In this document: in pieces, positions 30,309-39,143 of the stretch
How the letters are laid out: each line of letters starts with the position of its first letter
Numbering within the stretch: the stretch's first letter is position 1
Assembly: GCA_024235995.1 (NCBI GenBank)
Contig: JACKLI010000001.1
Span: 2,884,145 to 2,948,144, forward strand
Length of the DNA stretch: 64,000 nt
Direction: 5' to 3'
DNA from: Burkholderiaceae bacterium
Lineage (GTDB): Bacteria; Pseudomonadota; Gammaproteobacteria; Burkholderiales; Burkholderiaceae_C
Made by a program: the position numbers and the translations under genes
Notes under the pieces: model-generated
What the model saw: the letters and a program-made list of their open reading frames with translations, nothing else
Database searches by the model: none
What the model was told of the DNA's origin: nothing

Positions 30309-31891
30309 CCGTGCGCCATGACTGCCCCCTGGCGCCTGACGGTGAATGGGCCAGCGAGTTGACCGAACTGCAGCAGCGCCGCGCCAGCGCACTGGCCATG
30401 GGTGGGCCCGACGCATTGGAGCGCTTCAAGGCCACTGGCCGCATGAACGCACGCGAGCGCATCGCCACTCTCGCCGACGCGGGCAGCTTTCAAGAGATGG
30501 GAATGCTGGCCGGCAAGGGCCAGTACGACCCCGACGGCCGCTATCTGCGCACCGACCCCACCAACGCCATCATCGGCACCGCGCGCGTCGACGGACGCAA
30601 GGTGGCGCTGCACGTCGACGATTTCACCATCAAGGCCGGCAGTTCCGAAGGCACCATCGCCGACAAATGGATCTACATCGAGCGCCTGGCCTACCAGTTG
30701 CGCATGCCATTGGTGCGTCTGGTCGACTCGGCCGGTGGCAGCGTGAAGCTGTTGATGCAGATCGGCGGCACCAAGATCCCCGAATACACGACCTGGCCCA
30801 CGCAGGAGCTGTTGCAGACCGTGCCGGTCGTCGGTGTGGCCTTGGGGGCCTGCGTTGGACAAGGAGCCATCAAGGTTTTGTCCTCGCATTTTTCCGTGTT
30901 GGTGCGCGAGCAGGCGCAGGTGATGGCAGCCGGGCCGCACGTGGTGCGTCAAGCCTATGGCGTGGAGGTGGACAAGAACGCGCTGGGAGGTTGGCAGGCC
31001 CAGCGCAAGAGTGCGCTCGTGCACAACGAGGCTGAAGACGAGGCCGATGCGCTGGCCCAGGTTCGGCGCTTTCTTTCCTACCTGCCGCGCAGCGTGCACG
31101 AGCTGGCGCCGGTCATGGCCTGTGACGACGACCCGAATCGTGCGGACGATTGGCTCAAGGACGCGATCCCGCGCGATCGCCGCAAAATCTACGACCCACG
31201 CAAGCTACTGGCGGGCGTCTTCGATCGCGACAGCCTGTTTGAAATCGGACGCTGGCAAGGCGGCTCCATCCTGACGTTGCTGGGGCGCCTGAACGGCGTG
31301 CCGATCGGAATCCTGGCCAATGACCCCAAGGTCCAGGGCGGAGCCATGACGCTGGCCGCCGCCTGGAAGATGGAGCGCCACACCCGTCTGTGCAGCCAGT
31401 TCGGCCTGCCAGTGGTCAACTTTGTCGACCAGCCCGGCAACGCGACGGGGCTGGAGGCCGAGCTGAGTGGCACCTTGCTGGGCGCCGTACGCGTAGGCGA
31501 GGCGCTGGCGGCCTGTCGATCACCCTGGGTGTCCATCTTGATCCGACGCTGCTTCGGCATGGCCGGAGCGCTGCACGGGCCCAAGGGGGGCGATCGCCTC
31601 AACCATCGCTTCGCCTGGCCATCGGCACGCTGGGGCTCCATCCCGATAGAGGGCGGCGTGATGGCTGCCCACAGGGCGGAAATTGAAACGGCGATCGACC
31701 CCGCCGCCAAGCGCGTCGAGCTGGAGGCGCACTACTTGCGCGTCACCTCACCGTTTCGCACGGCGGAAAGATTTGGCGTGCTCGATGTCATCGATCCACG
31801 CGAGACGCGGCGCGTATTGTGCGACTGGGTCGAGGACGCCTGGACGGTCGTCCAGGGCGATTTGCCACGGCGCCAACTGGGGTACGATTGA
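30305..31891 (+). CDS. Acyl-CoA carboxylase carboxyltransferase (beta) subunit family protein
   Basis: The carboxyl_trans pattern is present: ARERIATLADAGSFQE, VDDFTIKAGS, VDSAGG, GAMTLAAAWKMERHTRLCSQFGLPVVNFVDQPG. The ATGA overlaps the tctC stop. Confidence 0.88.
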   Translation: MTVRHDCPLAPDGEWASELTELQQRRASALAMGGPDALERFKATGRMNARERIATLADAGSFQEMGMLAGKGQYDPDGRYLRTDPTNAIIGTARVDGRKVALHVDDFTIKAGSSEGTIADKWIYIERLAYQLRMPLVRLVDSAGGSVKLLMQIGGTKIPEYTTWPTQELLQTVPVVGVALGACVGQGAIKVLSSHFSVLVREQAQVMAAGPHVVRQAYGVEVDKNALGGWQAQRKSALVHNEAEDEADALAQVRRFLSYLPRSVHELAPVMACDDDPNRADDWLKDAIPRDRRKIYDPRKLLAGVFDRDSLFEIGRWQGGSILTLLGRLNGVPIGILANDPKVQGGAMTLAAAWKMERHTRLCSQFGLPVVNFVDQPGNATGLEAELSGTLLGAVRVGEALAACRSPWVSILIRRCFGMAGALHGPKGGDRLNHRFAWPSARWGSIPIEGGVMAAHRAEIETAIDPAAKRVELEAHYLRVTSPFRTAERFGVLDVIDPRETRRVLCDWVEDAWTVVQGDLPRRQLGYD

Positions 31892-31939
31892 ACCCGAAAA
31901 CGGCACGCCCCGCCCGGCAAGGCTTTCTAGAATGCCGGG

Positions 31940-33757
31940 ATGCTTTCCGCCCCCCTCCCCCGCCCCATCCGCCCCCTGCCCGACGAGCTGATCAGCCAGA
32001 TCGCCGCCGGCGAGGTGGTGGAGCGCCCCGCCTCGGTCGTGCGCGAGCTGCTGGACAATGCGCTGGACGCGGGCGCCACGCAGATCACCCTGCGCCTGTC
32101 GGCCGGCGGCGTGCGCCTGATCGCGGTGGAGGACGACGGCCAGGGCATCGCGCCCGCCGACCTGCCGCTGGCCCTCAAGCGCCACGCCACCAGCAAGATC
32201 GGCAGCCTGGCCGAGCTCGAATCGGTGGGCACCATGGGCTTTCGCGGCGAGGCGCTGGCGGCCATCGGCTCGATTGCCGAAACCACCCTGCTCACCCGCA
32301 CCGCCGGGCAGGCCCAGGCGCAGCTGCTGGATGCGCGCACCGGCGAAATCACCCCCGCCGCCCGCAGCCGGGGCACCACGGTCGAGGTCAAGGAGCTGTT
32401 CTTCAGCGTGCCGGCGCGGCGCAAGTTCCTGAAGAGCGACGCCACCGAGCTGGCGCACTGCGTCGAGGCCGTGCGCCGCCACGCGCTGGCGCGCCCCGCG
32501 GTGGGCTTCGCCGTCTGGCACGAAGGCAAGCTGATCGAGCAGTGGCGCGTGCAGGCCGGCGACGATGCGCTGGAGCGCCGCGTGGCCGACGTGCTGGGCG
32601 AGGATTTCCTGGCCGACTCGGTGGCCATCGACCACCGGCTGGGCCCCGTGCGCGTCACCGGCCGCGCCGGCGTGCCCGACATCGCGCGCTCGCGCGCCGA
32701 CCAGCAGTTCGCCTACGTCAACGGCCGCTTCGTGCGCGACAAGGTCATCGTCCACGCCGCCCGCGCCGCCTACGAGGACGTGCTGCACGGCCAGCGCCAG
32801 CCGGTGTACGTGCTGCACATCGCCATCGACCCGGCGCGCGTGGACGTCAACGTGCACCCGACCAAGATCGAGGTGCGCTTTCGCGACGGGCGCGAGGTGC
32901 ACCAGGCCGTGCGCCACGCCATCGAAAACGCCCTGGCCGCGCCGCGCGCCGCGCGGCTGGCCGAGTCCGCGCTGGCCACGGCGACGGCGCCGTCCGAGGC
33001 TTTCAATTTCAAGCCTTTTGGGTCTCCAGCCCCCGTGCAACAAGCCCAATCAGCTATTCATTTCGAAGCGCTTCCGGACCACGTGGTGCGGGAGCTGCAG
33101 GCCCTGTGGCAGCCTGGCTCGGCAAGCGGCTCCGCCCCAGCCCCTGCAGCGACCGAGGCCGAGGCCGCGCCCGACTGGCCCCTGGGCCGCGCCGTGGCGC
33201 AGCTGCACGGCATCTACATCCTGGCCGAAAACCGCGCCGGCCTGATCGTGGTGGACATGCACGCCGCGCACGAGCGCATCGTCTACGAGCGGCTCAAGCA
33301 GCAGCTCGACAGCGCCCGCATCGCCAGCCAGCCGCTGCTGATCCCGGCCACCTTCGCCGCCACGCCCACCGAGGTGGCCACGGCCGAGGGCGCGGCCGCC
33401 GCGCTGCGGCAGCTCGGACTGGAGATCACGCCCTTCTCGCCCAAGACCCTGGCCGTGCGCGCCGTGCCCACCAGCCTGGCCGCGGGCGACGCGGTGGAGC
33501 TGGCGCGCAGCGTGCTGGCCGAGCTGAGCCAGCACGAGGCCGCCACCGTGGTGCAGCGCGCCCAACACGAGCTGCTGGCCACCATGGCCTGCCACGGCGC
33601 GGTGCGCGCCAACCGCCGCCTGACGCTGGACGAGATGAACGCCCTGCTGCGCCAGATGGAGGCCACCGAGCGCAGCGACCAGTGCAACCACGGCCGCCCC
33701 ACGTGGCGCCAGCTCAGCCTGCGCGAGCTGGATGGACTGTTCCTGCGTGGCCGCTGA
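31940..33757 (+). CDS. mutL: DNA mismatch repair protein MutL
   Basis: GHKL ATPase N-terminus [37 protein letters not shown]. The C-terminal endonuclease/dimerisation domain carries [12 protein letters not shown] and QCNHGRPT. Confidence 0.95.
   Translation: MLSAPLPRPIRPLPDELISQIAAGEVVERPASVVRELLDNALDAGATQITLRLSAGGVRLIAVEDDGQGIAPADLPLALKRHATSKIGSLAELESVGTMGFRGEALAAIGSIAETTLLTRTAGQAQAQLLDARTGEITPAARSRGTTVEVKELFFSVPARRKFLKSDATELAHCVEAVRRHALARPAVGFAVWHEGKLIEQWRVQAGDDALERRVADVLGEDFLADSVAIDHRLGPVRVTGRAGVPDIARSRADQQFAYVNGRFVRDKVIVHAARAAYEDVLHGQRQPVYVLHIAIDPARVDVNVHPTKIEVRFRDGREVHQAVRHAIENALAAPRAARLAESALATATAPSEAFNFKPFGSPAPVQQAQSAIHFEALPDHVVRELQALWQPGSASGSAPAPAATEAEAAPDWPLGRAVAQLHGIYILAENRAGLIVVDMHAAHERIVYERLKQQLDSARIASQPLLIPATFAATPTEVATAEGAAAALRQLGLEITPFSPKTLAVRAVPTSLAAGDAVELARSVLAELSQHEAATVVQRAQHELLATMACHGAVRANRRLTLDEMNALLRQMEATERSDQCNHGRPTWRQLSLRELDGLFLRGR
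33001..33071. repeat. REP-like dispersed repeat, copy C, inside the mutL linker
   Basis: This is an AT-rich patch in otherwise GC-rich coding sequence. The string tttcaatttcaa...gcccccgtgcaacaagcccaatcAGCTattcatttcgaagc is colinear with intergenic copies at 56816-56866 and 3039-3102. Confidence 0.5.
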
Positions 33758-34745
33758 CATCGCCCCGCCCACGATCCAGGCGCTGTGCCTGGCCGGCCCC
33801 ACGGCCAGCGGCAAGAGCGCGCTGGCGCTGGCGCTGGCCGAGCGGGTGCCGGTGGAAATCATCAGCGTCGACTCGGCCCTGGTCTATCGCGGCCTGGACA
33901 TCGGCACCGCCAAGCCCACGCCGGCCGAGCGCGCGGCCGTGCCGCACCACCTGATCGACATCCGTGAGCCGACCGAAACCTACAGCGCCGCCGATTTCGC
34001 GCGCGACGCCACGCGCCTGGTGACCGAGATCCGGGCGCGCGGGCGCCTGCCGCTGCTGGTGGGCGGCACCCTGCTGTACTTCAAGGCCTTGCTGGAAGGC
34101 CTGGACGAGCTGCCGCCCGCCGACGCGGCCGTGCGCCGGCGACTGGACGAACGCGCCCGCCAGCACGGCTGGCCCGCGCTGCACGCCGAACTGGCGCGCG
34201 TGGACCCGCAGGCGGCCGCCCGCCTGCCCGCCACCGACAGCCAGCGCATCCAGCGCGCGCTGGAGGTGTGGCAGCTCACGGGTCGACCGCTGTCCAGCTT
34301 TCACACTACAAAAACAAGAGCTGCCGGCGCTGATCAGACGGGCGCCATGCCTCTTTTTTCCTTGGAGCCCACCGATCGCGCCGCGCTGCAGCAGCGCATC
34401 GCCCAACGCTTCGACGCCATGCTGGCGGCCGGCTTGCTGGAGGAGGTCGAGGCCTTGCGCGCGCGCAGCAACCTGACGCCCGATCTGCCCGCCCTGCGCT
34501 GCGTGGGCTACCGCCAGGCCTGGCAGGCGCTGGACGAAGGCTGGCCGATCGCCACCCTGCGCGAGCGCGGCATCATCGCCACGCGCCAGCTCGCCAAGCG
34601 GCAGCTGACCTGGCTGCGCAGCCTGCCCGGGCGGCGCGTGCTGCCCACCGACGACGCGCACCCGGCCCAGGCCCAGGCCTGGGCCGCGCCGCTGGCCGCC
34701 TGGCTGCAGGGCCGGGCCAGCCAGCCCGGCCACGCGCCCGCCTGA
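33732..34745 (+). CDS. miaA: tRNA dimethylallyltransferase
   Basis: P-loop [30 protein letters not shown] and the tail CVGYRQAW...[13 protein letters not shown] are present. Synteny after mutL supports the call. Confidence 0.93.
   Translation: MDCSCVAADIAPPTIQALCLAGPTASGKSALALALAERVPVEIISVDSALVYRGLDIGTAKPTPAERAAVPHHLIDIREPTETYSAADFARDATRLVTEIRARGRLPLLVGGTLLYFKALLEGLDELPPADAAVRRRLDERARQHGWPALHAELARVDPQAAARLPATDSQRIQRALEVWQLTGRPLSSFHTTKTRAAGADQTGAMPLFSLEPTDRAALQQRIAQRFDAMLAAGLLEEVEALRARSNLTPDLPALRCVGYRQAWQALDEGWPIATLRERGIIATRQLAKRQLTWLRSLPGRRVLPTDDAHPAQAQAWAAPLAAWLQGRASQPGHAPA
34303..34362. repeat. REP-like dispersed repeat, copy B, inside miaA
   Basis: acaaaaacaagagctgcc-GGCGC-tgatcagacgg-GCGCC-atgcctcttttttcc is palindromic with A-rich/T-rich ends. 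Its reverse complement shares gcgcccgtc...cagcg...AGCT with copy A. Confidence 0.5.
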
Positions 34746-34827
34746 TCGGTCGCCCGGCCGGCCCGGCTCGGCCCCGGGCCGCGCAGTCCAATACGAAAGT
34801 ATCGAGTTGTATCTAAAATCGGAGGCC

Positions 34828-35832
34828 ATGTCGCCTCCACCGCCGCCCGCCTGTGCCCTGGAGCACTGGGACTCCAGCGAACTCGCTCCCGCCGAGCGGC
34901 TGGCGTATTGGCACGACGTGGCGCACAACTGGGTCGACGTGCAGCCCCTGTCGCCAGGCGAGTCGCTACAGGCCTCGTGGTCGCTGCTGCGCGGCGCCGA
35001 CTGCTTCTTCGGCACCAAGCAGTCCAGCGCCTACGAGATGCGCACCGCCGCACGCCACGTGCCGCCGGGCGAGGACATGGTGGTGATCTCGCTGCTGCAG
35101 TCGGGCGAGATGCGCCTGAACGCCGCGCCCGGCGAGCACCAGCACGCCACCGCCGGCACGCTGGGCCTGTACGTGCCCTACCAGGACGCCTGCTACCGCT
35201 GGGGCCCCGGCGCGCGCCAGACCTACGTCGCCCTCACGCGCCGCGAGGTGGCCGCCGCCCTGGGGCGCGAGCCGACCAACATGGCCATCGCCCTGGCGCA
35301 ATGCGCGCTGGCGCCGCTGCTGGCCAGCCAGCTCAGCCACCTGGCGCTGCTGGCGCGCCAGCCCGACCGACTGGACGAGTACGAATACGCCGGCCTGCTG
35401 GACGCCACGCGCGCCCTGACCCTGCTGACGCTGCGCAACCTGGGCCGCCAGGGGCAAAACGTGGATCGGCCCGACGACGCCGCCGACCCCCAGCATCGGG
35501 GCCGCCACGCGGCCGCGCTGCGCTTCATGCAGCAGCACGCCCACCGGCACGACCTGCACGCCGACACCATCGCCCACGGCGCCGGCTGCTCGCGCACCCG
35601 GCTGTACGAAGCCTTCGCCGCGCGCGGCGAGACGGTGATGGGCACCCTGCGCGAGCTCCGGCTGCAGCGCGCCCGCGCCCTCATCGAGCAAAGCAGCCGC
35701 CTGAACGTCGGCGCCCTGTCCTGGCGCTGCGGCTTTGCCGACCCCTCGGGCTTCAGCAAGCTGTTTCGCGCGCGCTTCGGCCTGGCGCCCACCGAATGGC
35801 ACCAGCAGGCGCGGGCCGCCACCCGGCGCTGA
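34828..35832 (+). CDS. AraC family transcriptional regulator
   Basis: The C-terminal double HTH carries IAHGAGCSRTRLYEAF and WRCGFADPSGFSKLFRARFG. I chose the ATG at 34828; a TTG at 34807 is also possible. Confidence 0.8.
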   Translation: MSPPPPPACALEHWDSSELAPAERLAYWHDVAHNWVDVQPLSPGESLQASWSLLRGADCFFGTKQSSAYEMRTAARHVPPGEDMVVISLLQSGEMRLNAAPGEHQHATAGTLGLYVPYQDACYRWGPGARQTYVALTRREVAAALGREPTNMAIALAQCALAPLLASQLSHLALLARQPDRLDEYEYAGLLDATRALTLLTLRNLGRQGQNVDRPDDAADPQHRGRHAAALRFMQQHAHRHDLHADTIAHGAGCSRTRLYEAFAARGETVMGTLRELRLQRARALIEQSSRLNVGALSWRCGFADPSGFSKLFRARFGLAPTEWHQQARAATRR

Positions 35833-36128
35833 TCCGCCGGGCGGCGCGGACCGGGCATGCCGAGCATCATCCAGGCCCAATCGAGCTCCATCGCCCTTTA
35901 GCCAAACGCGTCCAGCTCTTCTTTTGATAGCTACCCAGCCCAGGCCCGGCGCCGCGCCAACGCCGGGCCGCGAAATCATAGAGACCCCGCCTCGTCTCCC
36001 ACGAGCGACATCTTGGGTGATGGCGTCCCGAGTTGGGTTCAGGCGTCCGGCCCACCTGTGCCACACCGCCATCTGCCGGCATGCTGGCTACCCGAACGTC
36101 CGGCTGAACCCAACCTTCGGCTCCTTGC

Positions 36129-37493
36129 ATGCCCATGCCCCGATCCTTCACGACCCAGCCACCCACCGGCCTGCCCCGGCGGCGCGGCTTCATCGCCGCG
36201 GCCGCGTCCGGCCTGGCCCTGCCCGTGCTGGCGCAGGCCAGCCCCAGCGCCGACCCCAAACCCACCCAGGGCCTGGAGCGCAGCCGCACCCGCGTGGCCG
36301 GCTTCGCCGACGCCGAGATGGACTACCAGCTGCTGCGCCAGCTGGGCACGGCGCGCTATGGCGGCGCCTCGGTCGGCGAATGCCTGGCCCTCGCCCAGCG
36401 CATCCAGAACGGCGACCCGGCCAGCTGGATCGCCCAGTTCGCCGCCGCCGGCGCGCGCCAGCAGGCCGACGCCCAGGCCCGCGCGCAACGCGGCCACGCG
36501 CAGAGCGCGCGCGACCAGTACCTGGTGGCCTGCAACAGCTTTCGCGCCGCCGAGTACTACAGCGGCGTGCTCGACCCGCAGCACGCCCAACTGGGCCTGC
36601 AAAGCCGCGACTGCTTTGCCGCCGCCATGCGCGCGCACGGCGCACCGTTCGAGGCCTTCACGCTGCCCTGGGGCGACACGCCGCTGCCGGCCTACTACTT
36701 TCGCAACCCGCAGGCGGGCGCGCGCGCCGGCAAGACGCTGCTCGTCATCAGCGGCTACGACGGCACGCTGGAGGAAACCTGGCTGGCCTACGGCCGCGCG
36801 GCGCTGGAGCGCGGCTACCACCTGATGCTGCTGACCGGCCCCGGACAGATGGACACGCTGCGCTTTCACCCGCGCCTGGCCTTCGTCCCCGAGTACGAGC
36901 GCATCGGCAAGCTGGCGCTCGACCACGTGCTGGCGCGCCCCGGCACCGACGCGCGCCGCGTGGCGCTGATGGGCATCAGCTACGGCGGCTACTTCGCCTC
37001 GCGCATCGCCGCGCACGAGCCGCGCCTGCGCGCGCTGATCGCCAACTCGCCCATCGTCGACCTGCACGCCTACATGGTGTCGTTTGCCGGCTTCGATCCG
37101 GCCGAGATGCCCGACGCGCAGGACATCCACCTGGACGACATCGACCACATCCCGCCCAGCGAGTTGCCGGCGCAAACGCGCGAGATGATGCGCAACCTGA
37201 TGCTGCGCCTGGGCCAGGACAGCTTCAAGCAGGCCTATCGGCGCCTGCGCCAGTTCCGCGTCGATGACGCGGGCCTGGCGCGCATCCGCTGCCCCGCCCT
37301 GGCCCTGGTCGGCAGCGGCGAAGGGGCCGAACCCTTGGCGCAATACCGCCATTTCCTGAAGACCGTGGCCGGCCCCGTATCGGGCCACGTGTTCAGCGCC
37401 GAGGAAGGCGCCGACGGCCACTGCCAGGTCGCCAACCTGGCCTATTCGGCGGCCGTATCGATGGACTGGCTGGACGAGACCTTCGCGGCATGA
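36129..37493 (+). CDS. Exported alpha/beta hydrolase (Tat signal)
   Basis: Twin-arginine signal RRRGFIAAAASGLALPVLAQA and nucleophile elbow GISYGG. The substrate is unknown. Confidence 0.72.
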   Translation: MPMPRSFTTQPPTGLPRRRGFIAAAASGLALPVLAQASPSADPKPTQGLERSRTRVAGFADAEMDYQLLRQLGTARYGGASVGECLALAQRIQNGDPASWIAQFAAAGARQQADAQARAQRGHAQSARDQYLVACNSFRAAEYYSGVLDPQHAQLGLQSRDCFAAAMRAHGAPFEAFTLPWGDTPLPAYYFRNPQAGARAGKTLLVISGYDGTLEETWLAYGRAALERGYHLMLLTGPGQMDTLRFHPRLAFVPEYERIGKLALDHVLARPGTDARRVALMGISYGGYFASRIAAHEPRLRALIANSPIVDLHAYMVSFAGFDPAEMPDAQDIHLDDIDHIPPSELPAQTREMMRNLMLRLGQDSFKQAYRRLRQFRVDDAGLARIRCPALALVGSGEGAEPLAQYRHFLKTVAGPVSGHVFSAEEGADGHCQVANLAYSAAVSMDWLDETFAA

Positions 37494-39097
37494 CGATGCA
37501 CCACCCCCTCCTCGCACCGCTGCGCGCCGGCCTCGGCGCCGCCTGCCTGCTTGTCGCCCTCAGCGCCTGCGGCGGCGGCGACGGCGACGCGCCACCGGCC
37601 CCCAACGCCGACACGGTGAAGCAGGCCACGGCCCTGCTGGGCACGCTGGTGCCGCAGTGGCTGGCGCGCACGGGCGTGCCGGGCGCGGCGGTGTCGGTGG
37701 TGTTCGAGGGCAAGACGGTGTACGCCAAGGGCTTCGGCCTGCGGCGCGTGGACGAGGCCGCGCCGGTGGACGCCGACACGGTGTTTCAGCTCGCGTCGGT
37801 GTCCAAGCCCGTGGGCGCCACCGTGATGGCGGCGCACATGCCGGGTGCGGACGGTGCATCTGGCGCAGCAGGCGTGCCCGCCATCGACTGGAACACGCCC
37901 ATCCAGCGCCTGCTGCCGGACTTTCGGCTGGCCTACCCCGACCCGGCGGACAACGCGCGCCTGACGCTGGGCGACCTGTACGCCCACCGCAGCGGCCTGC
38001 CCGACCACGCGGGCGACGTGCTGGAAGACATGGGCTACGGGCGCGCCGACATCCTGCAGCGCCTGCGCGATGCGGCGCTCAAACCCTACGGCGGCTACGA
38101 CTACACCAACTTCGGCCTCACCGCCGCGGCGCAGGCCATGGCGCAGGCGCAGGGCACGGACTGGGCCACACTGTCCGAGCAGTCGTTGTACCGCCCGCTG
38201 GGCATGGCCCACACCAGCTCGCGCCATGCCGACTACGCGGCGCAGGCCAACCGCGCCTGGGGCCATGTGCAGGAGGACGTCAGCTACGCCAGCTACGGCG
38301 CCCAGCCCGCACGCTACGTCGTGCAGCAGCCCCCGCGCCAACCCGACGCGCAATCGCCCGCCGGCAGCGTCAGCTCATCGGTGGCCGACATGGCGCAATG
38401 GATGAAGCTGGTGCTGGCGCAAGGTCAGTGGCAGGGGCACGCGCTGGCCAGCCCTGCCGCCCTGCAGGCAGCCATGACGGCACGCCCGGGGGGCAACTAC
38501 GGCTACGGTTTCAACGTGGGGACCGACCCCATGGGCCACGCCAGCGTCTCGCACTCCGGCGCCTTCGTGATGGGGGCCGCCACCAGCTTCATCCTGTGGC
38601 CGCAGGCCCGGCTGGGCATCACGGTGCTGACCAACGCCCAGCCGCGCGGCCTGCCCGAGGCCATCGCGCTGGCCTTCGGCGCGCAGGCCTGGGGCGGCAC
38701 GGCGCCCCCCACCGACTGGCTGGCCTTCATGCAGGACAAGCTGCATGGCCTGTACCTGCCCGCGGGCCGATTCGCCGGCCTGCCGCCGCCGGCCGCGCCC
38801 AAGCCGGCCCAGCCGCTATCCAGCTACGCGGCGCGCTACCGCAATGCCTACTTCGGCGACGCCCAGGTCACGCCCAATGCCACGGGCGACGCGCTGGAGC
38901 TCACCATCGGCCCGGCGGCCGCACGCTACCCGCTGCGTCACTGGGACGGCGACGTCTTCGTCTTCACGCCACGCGGTGAAAGCGCGGCGCCCGGCTCGGT
39001 GTCGGCCGTCACGTTCGCGCCCGGTCAGATGCAGATCGAGCTGTACAGCGAAGACCTCGCGCACGGGCTGTTCCAGCGCGTTGCCGGGCCGCCGTGA
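37490..39097 (+). CDS. Serine hydrolase, beta-lactamase (class C/EstB-like) family lipoprotein
   Basis: Lipobox LVALSAC, SxxK (SVSKPV), YxN (YTN) and HSG triad motifs, plus a C-terminal DUF3471-like beta domain. The ATGA overlaps the previous gene. Confidence 0.83.
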   Translation: MTMHHPLLAPLRAGLGAACLLVALSACGGGDGDAPPAPNADTVKQATALLGTLVPQWLARTGVPGAAVSVVFEGKTVYAKGFGLRRVDEAAPVDADTVFQLASVSKPVGATVMAAHMPGADGASGAAGVPAIDWNTPIQRLLPDFRLAYPDPADNARLTLGDLYAHRSGLPDHAGDVLEDMGYGRADILQRLRDAALKPYGGYDYTNFGLTAAAQAMAQAQGTDWATLSEQSLYRPLGMAHTSSRHADYAAQANRAWGHVQEDVSYASYGAQPARYVVQQPPRQPDAQSPAGSVSSSVADMAQWMKLVLAQGQWQGHALASPAALQAAMTARPGGNYGYGFNVGTDPMGHASVSHSGAFVMGAATSFILWPQARLGITVLTNAQPRGLPEAIALAFGAQAWGGTAPPTDWLAFMQDKLHGLYLPAGRFAGLPPPAAPKPAQPLSSYAARYRNAYFGDAQVTPNATGDALELTIGPAAARYPLRHWDGDVFVFTPRGESAAPGSVSAVTFAPGQMQIELYSEDLAHGLFQRVAGPP

Positions 39098-39143
39098 CCC
39101 CGAACGATTTTCAACACCAACAACAAGCCACGAGGAGCCCTCC

